Origin: a virus
Virus record (IMG/VR): IMGVR_UViG_3300045921_000191
Span: 46,656-110,655 of that record
DNA length: 64,000 nt
Strand: one strand, 5' to 3'
The translations under genes were made by a program, and so were the position numbers. The notes under the pieces were generated by a model. The model ran no database searches. It saw nothing but the letters and a program-made list of their open reading frames with translations, and was not told the origin of the DNA. Below are positions 41,636 through 50,234 of this stretch, one piece after another. The first letter of the stretch is position 1, and the number at the start of each line of letters is the position of its first letter.

Positions 41636-42517
41636 TTAGGCAAGTTCAAATACGCGAACGTTTAGTGCTGCCGTTCCAGCGATAGCAAACAAGGACACGT
41701 TGGGACCAATTTCAAGTGCCAAAGATCCGCCTGCGCCAATACGAAGACCAGTAGAAGTAGTTACTCCAGTGGGTCCTACGTTGATATCTTTGTTTGACAA
41801 GTTCTGAATAATCATTCGGCGGCGGCCTGCTAAAGGCGAGCTAGACAATGCTACTTCGGTAAGACCTACTGTTACGGCTGTCGAAGCGACACCGATATTA
41901 GGACTATCGTTGATGTAAATACGACGGTAGAGATCTGAGATAACATCGGCTCGATCACCAGTTGCCGATACGGCTGCTAGTGCGCCAGAAAGGGCTCGTG
42001 AACCAACTTTAAGAGGATTTCCAGAATCGGGAGCATCATCAGCGATATCACCACTAACAGAAGCGGCGGTCCACAAACGGCCAACTGAATCTACTTTCAG
42101 AGCGGCATAATCGCCGTCTGCGGAAACAGAATTCGCAAGAGTATCTTGGCGAACAGCCAACATAAACGATCCAATATCCCCGCTGGTGTGGGCTGCGTCT
42201 TCAGCTTTCTCATGACCGTTAACTACTGAAATATCAGCATTAACGTTGATGCTACCATCAGCGTTAACAAGCATAGTGTTACCGCCTTGGGCGATAGCTA
42301 CGTTGTCTTGAGCGTGATTAAGATTACGAATATCAAGATCGGTAGCTGTAACTGCGATACTGGTATTGGCAATACTAACGTCGAGAGCTTTTTTAGCCCC
42401 CTCGGTAGTATGCGTCAACAAAGTACCGTCAGACGAACGAAGGTATGCTCCTACGTTATCTGAGCTATTTGCCTCAGTTGCATCAAATACCAACAATTCT
42501 TTACCTAAACCGCTCAT
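41636..42517 (-). CDS. Head fibre/decoration protein
   Basis: ATDLDIR, AEDAAHTSGD.G...LAVR, DGDY motifs; has its own terminator. Confidence 0.6.
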   Translation of the reverse strand: MSGLGKELLVFDATEANSSDNVGAYLRSSDGTLLTHTTEGAKKALDVSIANTSIAVTATDLDIRNLNHAQDNVAIAQGGNTMLVNADGSINVNADISVVNGHEKAEDAAHTSGDIGSFMLAVRQDTLANSVSADGDYAALKVDSVGRLWTAASVSGDIADDAPDSGNPLKVGSRALSGALAAVSATGDRADVISDLYRRIYINDSPNIGVASTAVTVGLTEVALSSSPLAGRRRMIIQNLSNKDINVGPTGVTTSTGLRIGAGGSLALEIGPNVSLFAIAGTAALNVRVFELA

Positions 42518-42530
42518 TTAATTTCTCCCC

Positions 42531-42974
42531 TTAAGTCCAAGCCAAGATCTCTATCGTCGTAGCTTTGGTGGACTGTACGTATAAAGTTTTTTCAACTAAT
42601 AATAACCCATCTGATTCGTAAAATGTACCAAATGGGACAGTAATAAAGTTTGTTGCACTTTCTCCATTCTCAAAAGAAAATTGGAGCGTTGCGTTATGAA
42701 TCCTAGATTTAATGAGTAACTTCTTAGTATTATTGGGTAATACTTGTGAATACTCTGTATTTGGATTCGGCACGTCTAGATTATAAATCGTGGGCGTGTC
42801 AGCAGAGTCTACTGCTACGCTAATTGTACCACTTATTGAAAGTGGATTTTGATCGTCTATTGGATTTCCATCAAAGTCAACTAAAACGACGCGACGAGCC
42901 GAGGCATTATCTTCATGCTCGTGCTGCTCAATCGCTCCTATAGAGCGAATTTGTCGTTTAGGTAAACCAACCAC
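42531..42974 (-). CDS. Decoration-like structural protein
   Basis: Small beta protein in the post-capsid cluster. Confidence 0.5.
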   Translation of the reverse strand: MVGLPKRQIRSIGAIEQHEHEDNASARRVVLVDFDGNPIDDQNPLSISGTISVAVDSADTPTIYNLDVPNPNTEYSQVLPNNTKKLLIKSRIHNATLQFSFENGESATNFITVPFGTFYESDGLLLVEKTLYVQSTKATTIEILAWT

Positions 42975-43007
42975 AGAACCCTCCTAGATTGTGTCTGAGA
43001 GTCTTGA

Positions 43008-43391
43008 TTAGTGTTCGAGAATCACAACTTGAACGGTTGTAGCGCTAGTTTTGACTGCCATTGAAATTTTAGGATCACTTGATTGTCCCAAGAAAATTAC
43101 TTCAGCGGAGTTTGGAGGAAGAGCAAATCCGTTAGTAATGTCTACAGTTACAGGCGCTTCGTCAGCAGGTCCTGTCCAAACAAATGCAGTTGTTCCAGAA
43201 GTATTACAAGCTCTAATCATTGCGAAGTTTTCTAACGGCTTTAAAGTCGTAGAATTTGCAAGAATTTCTCGAATAGTTCCAGGCATTCCTTTAGTGCTTT
43301 TTGCAGACCCACTTTGATCATGATGTTCCATATTTGTGATGGAACCTGGACTGCGAGATGTTTTTAATCCCAATCGTGAATTTTGGCTCAT
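43008..43391 (-). CDS. Decoration-like structural protein
   Basis: IRACN....FVW.G....NGFALPP, related to the neighbouring small beta module. Confidence 0.5.
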   Translation of the reverse strand: MSQNSRLGLKTSRSPGSITNMEHHDQSGSAKSTKGMPGTIREILANSTTLKPLENFAMIRACNTSGTTAFVWTGPADEAPVTVDITNGFALPPNSAEVIFLGQSSDPKISMAVKTSATTVQVVILEH

Positions 43392-43705
43392 TTGTCTTCC
43401 TCTTCTTCACCAGAAACATATTGTTTTTGGCTTCGATATTCTTTAGCTATTTTATCAAGCTTTTTTACGGATCTCTCAAGTTCGTTACGAAAAAAGAACC
43501 AAGCGTCTCGGTACTTCTTTTCATCACTGCGCATGAAATCCATTTGCAAGTCTCTGCCGACGCCGAGTGGATCTTCAAATAAAAAGACTGCCACAAGTCT
43601 ATCGTTTTTGCCAAGAGAATGTTCCATACCCAAATACTTAAGACCTTGCCCAAGTAAGTATGGTGCAAGTGCTAAATTATCTGTTCTAAAGACTTTTTCC
43701 GACAT
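43388..43705 (-). CDS. Small phage protein (DUF5659-like)
   Basis: FRTDNLALAPYL...G.....VFLFED pattern. Confidence 0.55.
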   Translation of the reverse strand: MSEKVFRTDNLALAPYLLGQGLKYLGMEHSLGKNDRLVAVFLFEDPLGVGRDLQMDFMRSDEKKYRDAWFFFRNELERSVKKLDKIAKEYRSQKQYVSGEEEEDK

Positions 43706-43721
43706 TGCTTCTCCTGATAGC

Positions 43722-43750
43722 AGGATAACCTAATAATAACACACAAGCAA
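43722..43750 (-). promoter_or_regulatory. Sigma70-like promoter
   Basis: TTGCTT-17-TATCCT upstream of 43705. Confidence 0.6.
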
Positions 43751-43760
43751 GGGGATTTAT

Positions 43761-43794
43761 AAGAGAAAGGTGCCCCTAGGAGAACCCTAGGGGC
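43761..43794 (-). terminator. Intrinsic terminator
   Basis: GCCCCTAGG...CCTAGGGGC stem followed by ACCTTTCTCTT. Confidence 0.7.
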
Positions 43795-43861
43795 TTTAGG
43801 AAAGGAAGGCCAGAAAGACCTTACAAGGAGTTGCACCTTGCAACTTCGAGTATATCAGAAC

Positions 43862-44470
43862 TCAGAGAAACTTTCTCCATGACTCGTTTTGATACGTTCC
43901 GTCAAATCGGTTGCCTTTGGAATCGTTCTCAAAGGCTGATAAATATTGGAGATTAGCTGGAACATGTAGGCCGCAAACATCATCGCTTTCCAAGGGAATT
44001 ATGTGATCAACGTGATATCCTTTTGGGCAATTGGCATAAATCTCTTTTAGTACTTTACGGTCAATCCAAGGAGGGGTGGCTTGTTTCTTAAGGGCTCTAC
44101 GGTAGGCTGATTTTTCTCGATTAACAGCTTTACCTTTTTCAGTTTTGATATATTTTCGGTTGTGTGCGTTTATCCTGTCTTTATTAGCTCTTTGATAAAT
44201 TCTGTGAGAGTCTTTTATATGTTGAGCGTTGTCTTTTCGCCAAACTTCCATGATTAGTTTCTGTTTATTTTTATCGCGAGTTTCTACGGCATATTTCAAA
44301 TGCTCTGCACAACGGGTACGACTTGTTAAACATTTATTTTGACAACCAGTAGTAGCTGTACATAGTCCTAACTCTTTCTTCCATAAAACCATAAACTTAG
44401 ATTTAGTTAGACCAAGTGCTTCTGCGGCTTTTCTTATAGATCCTGTTTCTTTTAATTTTTCATCATACAT
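43862..44470 (-). CDS. HNH homing endonuclease
   Basis: ATPPW...HVDHIIPL...VCGLHVPANLQ...N..KGN; N-terminal HTH and Cys cluster. Confidence 0.9.
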   Translation of the reverse strand: MYDEKLKETGSIRKAAEALGLTKSKFMVLWKKELGLCTATTGCQNKCLTSRTRCAEHLKYAVETRDKNKQKLIMEVWRKDNAQHIKDSHRIYQRANKDRINAHNRKYIKTEKGKAVNREKSAYRRALKKQATPPWIDRKVLKEIYANCPKGYHVDHIIPLESDDVCGLHVPANLQYLSAFENDSKGNRFDGTYQNESWRKFL

Positions 44471-44476
44471 ACGATT

Positions 44477-44505
44477 ATTATTACACGAATTGCATCCAAA
44501 GTCAA
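44477..44505 (-). promoter_or_regulatory. Sigma70-like promoter of the HNH gene (likely leaderless)
   Basis: TTGACT-17-(TGt)AATAAT, then 6 nt to the ATG. Confidence 0.55.
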
Positions 44506-44506
44506 C

Positions 44507-44544
44507 AAAAAAGAACCCCCGATATCCGAAGATACCGAGGGTTT
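44507..44544 (-). terminator. Intrinsic terminator after the major capsid gene
   Basis: AACCCTCGGTATC-TTCG-GATATCGGGGGTT with cUUCGg loop, followed by a T tract. Confidence 0.9.
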
Positions 44545-44575
44545 GAATTAGTTAATATTATTAACTAGTTACCTA

Positions 44576-46027
44576 TTATGCCGCACGGCCAATGTTTTCA
44601 AAAATGAAACATTTACGGGGAGCAAACACAATTGGACAACCGTAAAGCAGTTGCATCCAACGGTAAGACGTTGCAATGATTGCCAAATCCATCTTCATCA
44701 GAGGAGCCAATTGCTTAAAGCGCATGACTTCTGAATCATTGCTCAACAAGAAGGCTTGAGCCAGACCAGGCAATTTGTGGTTTGCGTCCACGAAGGTAGC
44801 AGCGCCGCCAACAGCAGCAGGAGCAACATAACCGATAAACTCATGATTAGCACCAGCGCCGTCTTTAGGAGAACGGTACACAGCGTAAGCAATAGCGCCA
44901 GCGGTAGCAGCAATCGTAAGAGTAACAGCGTCACCAGCGGCAACAGTTACGTCCGACGTAGCGGCGCTGGCAGGACCTTCGCCAGCGTCAGTAAGTGCAG
45001 TAATGCGGTAATCGTAATCACCAGCATCAGCGGCAGCAAACTTGCTCAAAGCGTTAGGAGCAGCAGCAACAGTAGGAACAGCGGGAGTGGTTGCATGAAC
45101 GGGAGCACGGGGAGTGCGAAGAGGACGCAAGAACACGTCGCTCATAAGTTGGAATTCGCCAGCAGCAGCCACAAAGGACTGAAGCACAAAACCAGCTTTA
45201 CCGTTTTGAACGCCCATAGGATTAACGCGCTCTTTAGGATAAAATTGACGACCAAGATCGCTATGCGATTTAGTGTCAAGCATCATGAGGTTGGCCAAAC
45301 CGAAGTTCTCGCTAACTACTCGTGCGCCGTCTTCCAAAGCATCTTCGTCAAGAACGTCAGCGCGTTGATCGCGAATAACGTCTTCAGCAATGCCATATCC
45401 AACGAAAGCTTTTGCTTGAGCCGAAGCATCAGCGTTGCCTTTGCGAATTTGTTTGTCAAGACCATCCCAAGCGTTATCAGCATCAAGAACGGCAGCGTCA
45501 GAACCATTAAACTGACCAGCCGAGCTGTAGTGACCACGACCGTCAAACAAAGCTCGCTCAACGATTTCGAGGATACGCATAGTACCGTTACGAATTTCAC
45601 GAGCGATGGCGTCACCGTGAGCGTTTCGAACTAGCGTGTAAACGTGAGTCAATTCACGGGTAACACCCACAAATCGAACGCGTTGGATTTGACGGCTGTA
45701 GCTAGCGTCTTCAGAACGGGGCAGAGCGCCTTCGTTAATGAAGCCACGACCTTGATCGCCGAAAGCGTCAACTCGATTGTATTGTTCAATCGTGTTGTAA
45801 GCTTGATCTTTAGCAATGATCGGCCACAGTTTGATTTGTTTCATTTCATAGGTAACGGATTTCAAGCTAGAATCCAGAGATTCTACCTGAAGGACGCCGC
45901 CGCCCGAAAGGGCAGTCGGAGCACCAGCGTACCCAGCGCCAGCACTAAGGGCTTTGTTCAGTTCTTCTACTTCAGCAGCAGAAGCCTGTCCAGTTCCTTC
46001 GCCAAAGTTTACAAAATTATATTCCAT
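44576..46027 (-). CDS. Major capsid protein (SPO1/Twort-like)
   Basis: KALSAG...GGGVLQVESLDSSLK, AYNTIEQYNR, LAPLMKMDLA, YGCP..FAPRK..IFENIG; strongly biased codons. Confidence 0.93.
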   Translation of the reverse strand: MEYNFVNFGEGTGQASAAEVEELNKALSAGAGYAGAPTALSGGGVLQVESLDSSLKSVTYEMKQIKLWPIIAKDQAYNTIEQYNRVDAFGDQGRGFINEGALPRSEDASYSRQIQRVRFVGVTRELTHVYTLVRNAHGDAIAREIRNGTMRILEIVERALFDGRGHYSSAGQFNGSDAAVLDADNAWDGLDKQIRKGNADASAQAKAFVGYGIAEDVIRDQRADVLDEDALEDGARVVSENFGLANLMMLDTKSHSDLGRQFYPKERVNPMGVQNGKAGFVLQSFVAAAGEFQLMSDVFLRPLRTPRAPVHATTPAVPTVAAAPNALSKFAAADAGDYDYRITALTDAGEGPASAATSDVTVAAGDAVTLTIAATAGAIAYAVYRSPKDGAGANHEFIGYVAPAAVGGAATFVDANHKLPGLAQAFLLSNDSEVMRFKQLAPLMKMDLAIIATSYRWMQLLYGCPIVFAPRKCFIFENIGRAA

Positions 46028-46050
46028 TTGAATGTATCTCCTTTGACAAA

Positions 46051-46818
46051 TTATTGATTACGTTTTTGAGTTTCGCTCATTACGAGAGCTTTGATCTGAC
46101 CATTGGAGATATTTCCAGTGGCCTCAAATTCTGCAACATGATGCGAGGTTACACCCTTACCAGATTTTTGAAGGTCGAGCATAGTGTCAAGCACTTGAGA
46201 TTTGCTGATAGTAACGGAATCTTGTGTTCCGCTCTTAGCAAGAGTTTCAAGAGTATCAATGCTGCGTTTATCGTAGGCAGGTTGGGATGAAAGTTTTTTA
46301 ATTTGTTCAGAAAGACTCTTAATAAGGTCATTCTGAGCATTCATAGATTTTTTAAGTTCTTCGACTTGAGCGCTAGTAATGTCACTCACTGCTTTTGCAA
46401 TATCTTCAGATTTCACCACTGTTTCCTCTTCTTGTTCAGCGCGCCAAGCTTTGACGAGTTCAAGTTCGTCTTCTTCAAGAATATCAGAAAGCTCTTCGAT
46501 AGACTTTTTCATGGACTTTTTCTTTTCCATTTTTTCTTCGTCTTTATCTTCTTTCTCGTCTTCTTTGCAAGCAGAGGCTTTTTCCATCTCGTCTTTCTTT
46601 TTCTTTTCGTCTTCTTCAGACTTCTTAGCTTTCTCTGCTTTATCGTCTTCTTCTTTTTTCTTAGCAGCAGCTTCAGAAAGCTTCATCTCTTCGGTCTTCG
46701 GTGAGCCCGATTTGATTTCATCCTTTCCACCATTTTGAGCTTCGTTGTTCAACCCTTTTTCAAGAGCGTCGTCAACGAGAGTCTCGATGGTTTCCTGGAT
46801 TTCTTGTTTATTTGCCAT
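46051..46818 (-). CDS. Scaffold-like head protein
   Basis: Highly charged E/K coiled coil with many KS/KA motifs; between protease and capsid. Confidence 0.75.
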   Translation of the reverse strand: MANKQEIQETIETLVDDALEKGLNNEAQNGGKDEIKSGSPKTEEMKLSEAAAKKKEEDDKAEKAKKSEEDEKKKKDEMEKASACKEDEKEDKDEEKMEKKKSMKKSIEELSDILEEDELELVKAWRAEQEEETVVKSEDIAKAVSDITSAQVEELKKSMNAQNDLIKSLSEQIKKLSSQPAYDKRSIDTLETLAKSGTQDSVTISKSQVLDTMLDLQKSGKGVTSHHVAEFEATGNISNGQIKALVMSETQKRNQ

Positions 46819-47656
46819 CTTCAGTCTCCTTAAACTTTGTGAAAGTATCTAACACTGCCTTGACGAGATCTTTAGGATCTTCTTCAGGAAATAGTTCAAT
46901 TACTTGCTCACAGATTGATTTTAGCATTGCCTTTTGACTTTTTTTGTCTGCTTTGTTAATTTTCTTAACCTTTCTCTCCAAAGACTCTTTCATTAGAGTA
47001 GATCCACCAGTCTTTTGACTCGGTGCGCTAGAATCGGCTCCTGCCGACATAGCTTTCACTACAGCGTCCTGGATTAGAGCAGAAAGTTCAGCTTTATTGA
47101 TAGTGATGCTCTCTTGAGCTGGGTCAATATCAGGTTGTAAATTGGGATCATTCATCGATTTTACCAAATCAACGTATGTATATGGATTTACAGGGTCTAA
47201 TGTGAGGGCTACCTTCTCGACGCGAGCTTTCCGAATGGTGCTTTTGTTCATCGCGTCTCGTTGGAGAATTTTACCCTCAATGCTCAAATGAACACGAGGA
47301 CCAGCGGACTTTTTGATAGACTTCAAGATATTGAAGAAAGCTTTAGATCGATCCTGGTGCTTAAACAGATAGCCATCTACTTCTAGAACCGTCTTACCAT
47401 CTTGGGTTTTAAAATTCGCATCTTCAATGGCACCTAGAATATTCTCAGGACCTTTTTGATGATCGTAATTGAATATGCCACGACCTGCCTTCAAAAGGCT
47501 AATGTCGAGACCGCTTTGATCAACGTTCTCACCTTGAAGATCTACGTCTGGAGTCGAAGCAATGCCCCTAATTCTCCAGTCACCATCTTCATCTTCGGCT
47601 TTCACAAGATCAACAGGCATGTGAAATTGGAATGATTTCAATACTTTATCAGACAT
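46808..47656 (-). CDS. Prohead protease
   Basis: WRIRGIASTPDVDLQGE, FNYDH, LSIEG, VALTLDPVNP. Confidence 0.9.
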   Translation of the reverse strand: MSDKVLKSFQFHMPVDLVKAEDEDGDWRIRGIASTPDVDLQGENVDQSGLDISLLKAGRGIFNYDHQKGPENILGAIEDANFKTQDGKTVLEVDGYLFKHQDRSKAFFNILKSIKKSAGPRVHLSIEGKILQRDAMNKSTIRKARVEKVALTLDPVNPYTYVDLVKSMNDPNLQPDIDPAQESITINKAELSALIQDAVVKAMSAGADSSAPSQKTGGSTLMKESLERKVKKINKADKKSQKAMLKSICEQVIELFPEEDPKDLVKAVLDTFTKFKETEDGK

Positions 47657-47712
47657 ATTTCCTCAAAGCGTTCAACGCTAGATTACAGAATAGCACGGAA
47701 GAAGTTGATTTT

Positions 47713-47991
47713 TCACAGATCGGTGGTTTGGCGTAGCTTCTCTATGGCTTTCTTTTCGATAGTAGTCACGGCTGAAATCGACATGTGCAATAAGCTGGCG
47801 ATTTCTTGCAAAGTGTGTGGACGTAGGTTTGCTTTTAAATACGTGAAGAAGCAATTAAAATGCTCAGGCGAGTCTACCCACCATTCTTCAGGACTTTCAT
47901 TACAACGACAGCCATCTAAGTGCTGTACGACTTTTTCACTCATATTTTTAATTTGACAGAAATTCTTAATAAAGTCAATCAAATTAATCAT
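47713..47991 (-). CDS. Small protein with sigma70 region-4-like HTH
   Basis: HTLQEIASLLHMSISAVTTIEKKAIEKLR; the start may be MSEKV (47943). Confidence 0.7.
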   Translation of the reverse strand: MINLIDFIKNFCQIKNMSEKVVQHLDGCRCNESPEEWWVDSPEHFNCFFTYLKANLRPHTLQEIASLLHMSISAVTTIEKKAIEKLRQTTDL

Positions 47992-48052
47992 TTATGCACA
48001 GCGTTATATGGTGTCTAATATTTATACATTGACAAAATGATTTTTTTATGAT

Positions 48053-48073
48053 ACTAGTAAGCAAGTTACTAGT
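48053..48073. promoter_or_regulatory. Perfect inverted repeat (operator-like), just downstream of a TTGACA at 48029
   Basis: ACTAGTAA-GCAAG-TTACTAGT. Confidence 0.5.
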
Positions 48074-48210
48074 CTTTAAACGCAATACCCTTTTATAAAA
48101 ACAAAAGCTACCGTTAAGTGTAGCACTTTTCTAGCCTAGTGACTACGTATTATTTAACTACGCGCTCGCATTCACACTAAAAGCCAAAGCTCTGTCTAAA
48201 ATAGACCCTC

Positions 48211-48238
48211 TCCTAAGATAAAAACTTTTATGTTAATT
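48211..48238 (+). other. dif-like XerC/XerD recombination site
   Basis: TCCTAAGATAA-AAACTT-TTATGTTAATT (11-6-11); right arm matches the E. coli XerD arm TTATGTTAAAT at 10/11, left arm ends in ATAA. Confidence 0.6.
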
Positions 48239-48283
48239 AAAATTTTTTACAAAAGCTCAATAATGTTCCGCTTTTAAAAGTAC

Positions 48284-48312
48284 TTGACAAATCTAGTTAA
48301 GTTAGCTATAGT
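48284..48312 (+). promoter_or_regulatory. Sigma70 promoter (leaderless start at 48319)
   Basis: TTGACA-17-TATAGT, then 6 nt to the ATG. Confidence 0.8.
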
Positions 48313-48318
48313 ATCGAG

Positions 48319-48516
48319 ATGTTACTCGATTACCAAGACGAAATCGTAAAACTAGAAGATGAAAAATTTAAAGTTATTTTACGTTACGGAGAGTGTGAAT
48401 TCGTAGCGGAGCGTCTAGCTTCGCTGGATAAAAAATTAGAAAGGTTATACGAATGGCTGGCAACAGAGAAATCAAAGGACTCTTTGGATCGCCTAAACCG
48501 AAAGCTGATGTCATGA
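48319..48516 (+). CDS. Hypothetical protein
   Basis: 65 aa, ATGA overlap with ilvE. Confidence 0.6.
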   Translation: MLLDYQDEIVKLEDEKFKVILRYGECEFVAERLASLDKKLERLYEWLATEKSKDSLDRLNRKLMS

Positions 48517-49412
48517 GGGTTTGGTCGGACGGACATATCATTCATACCAAACGGCAAATCGACTCCTTGAATTTTGTGATGCATTACGGTTCTCCTGCGT
48601 GTTGGGAAGGAATTCGTTCATATCTACAAAGTAATGGCACCACTAAAATTTGGAAGCTAGAAGAACATGTCAAGCGTTTGTTCGATTCCGCGAAGATCCT
48701 AGGAATAGAAATTCCATTCACTCAATACGATATACAAGAAGCCTGCCGCCGCGTAGTGGAAGCAAACGGTAATGGCGATTTATATTTGCGTCCTATCGTT
48801 TACTCGACCCAGGACGCGGAATCAGTTCGTCAAGTAGATTATAAAATTGCAGTAGATATTTATGCATTCCCAATAGCTAAATTAGGCCGAGAAGAAGGTA
48901 TTACTGCTAAAATTGCTTCTATGGCCCGCGGCTATCCACAATTTCAAATGCAATGTAAGAATCCTGCAAATTACGCAATTTTAAATAATCTTAAGAATGA
49001 AATGGCAGGAGTGGACGAATTACTATTTTGTGACAATCAAGGATACGTAGTTGAGGCCACCGTGGCAAATCTTTTCATAGTTAGAGGTGATCAAGTGTTT
49101 ACCCCACCCAATGAAGGATCAATTCTTCCTGGTATAACTCGAAGAACTGTGGCCGAGATTTTGGGGGACAACGCTATGATGTTTTCAAAATATAATAAAC
49201 ACGTAAAAGTTATGGAAAAGCGCATAACACGCCCAGATCTTTATACCGCAGACGAAGTGTTTATGTGTGGTACTTTTGCTGAAATTGTCCCAATTATACA
49301 AATCGATGGAAGAATTATTGCTGACGGAAAGCCTGGATTTTATAGTAGAATGGTACTTAAGAGTTACCAAGACCTGGTTAGAGGTAGAAATGCCGATTAT
49401 AGAAAGTCTTGA
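48513..49412 (+). CDS. ilvE: Branched-chain amino acid aminotransferase (PLP fold-type IV)
   Basis: HYG..CWEGIRSY, H.KRL..SA, YLRP, catalytic K in CKNPANY, EAT.ANLF, ILPGITR, ADEVFMCGTFAEIVPI; likely start at the coupled ATG 48513. Confidence 0.92.
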   Translation: MRVWSDGHIIHTKRQIDSLNFVMHYGSPACWEGIRSYLQSNGTTKIWKLEEHVKRLFDSAKILGIEIPFTQYDIQEACRRVVEANGNGDLYLRPIVYSTQDAESVRQVDYKIAVDIYAFPIAKLGREEGITAKIASMARGYPQFQMQCKNPANYAILNNLKNEMAGVDELLFCDNQGYVVEATVANLFIVRGDQVFTPPNEGSILPGITRRTVAEILGDNAMMFSKYNKHVKVMEKRITRPDLYTADEVFMCGTFAEIVPIIQIDGRIIADGKPGFYSRMVLKSYQDLVRGRNADYRKS

Positions 49413-49617
49413 TTCGGTATTTATGATTCAACTTGGCGAAACGCTGTCGCACCCAGTCTTTGGAAAAATGAAAGTACTATTCATAGGCCCCATAGACGGT
49501 GAAGAGTGTGAAATGCTATGTCAGCTAGAAGAGTTTAATGGAACTTTAAAAGTATTTGACGCATTGACTCTTTCTAGGATAAAGTTTAGAGTTACAGGAC
49601 TTAGGATAGTTAAATGA
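49390..49617 (+). CDS. Hypothetical protein (HPVFG motif)
   Basis: GAGG RBS before ATG 49390. Confidence 0.55.
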   Translation: MPIIESLDSVFMIQLGETLSHPVFGKMKVLFIGPIDGEECEMLCQLEEFNGTLKVFDALTLSRIKFRVTGLRIVK

Positions 49618-49870
49618 AAATTTACATGATGCTCTTGCTCGATTGGATCAAGACGATTTTGATGGTCGAGTCTTGGCGCTGGGAATTTAAACGACCATTC
49701 ATAAGGGCAAGTGAAAACTTTAGTAAAGCCTTTTCACAATTATTCGTCTTGGACGATTCTGCTGGAGACGAACTCTGCGAAGCCCACTTGGATCTACGAT
49801 GATAAAAGGCCAGAGGATTTTATGCCTAAAGCGCAGTGGATTGGTCGAAAGGAATGGTTGAAAGGGTAGC

Positions 49871-50209
49871 ATGTCTAAAAACTTAAAAGAAAAACTAGCT
49901 TTACTTCTGAAAGATACCGAACGACTGGGAGATGTAGAGCGTCTTAACCGCTTAGAGCGCCTCGTTCAACAAGAGATAGACGATCTTAGCACCGAGCATC
50001 AACTCACTTTTAATGATCTAGCTTATATACGATCAAGGGCTATTTCGATCTATAATGATGAAAATATGGCAGCTTTTAACGTAGAAGGCCATAGCCATCG
50101 TTCTGAGCCAGAGAATTTACGGACCTACTCCTTTGTTTCGGCAACTATCGATTTTCTTCGAGGAAACGGTCTAACTAAGATTAAAGTTAGTATCAAAAAA
50201 AGAACTTGA
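49871..50209 (+). CDS. Hypothetical protein
   Basis: 112-aa ORF. Confidence 0.6.
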   Translation: MSKNLKEKLALLLKDTERLGDVERLNRLERLVQQEIDDLSTEHQLTFNDLAYIRSRAISIYNDENMAAFNVEGHSHRSEPENLRTYSFVSATIDFLRGNGLTKIKVSIKKRT

Positions 50210-50234
50210 CAAATTGAGTCAAGTATGTCATACT
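50206..50234 (+). promoter_or_regulatory. Sigma70 promoter upstream of the GGDEF gene
   Basis: TTGACA-17-(TGt)CATACT. Confidence 0.75.

Noticed and set aside
44756-45634. 292-aa plus-strand ORF antisense to the capsid gene, and other antisense ORFs in the track
   Set aside because: Shadow ORFs caused by strong codon bias of the real genes; Ser-rich with no motifs or RBS.
47992-48318. Replication origin or tRNA in the strand-switch gap
   Set aside because: AT-rich, but no iterons, DnaA-box cluster or cloverleaf is recognisable.
49614-49869. Overlapping small ORFs (49614-49802 and a GTG-started frame ending ~49869)
   Set aside because: Cannot decide which frame is real; neither has recognisable motifs.
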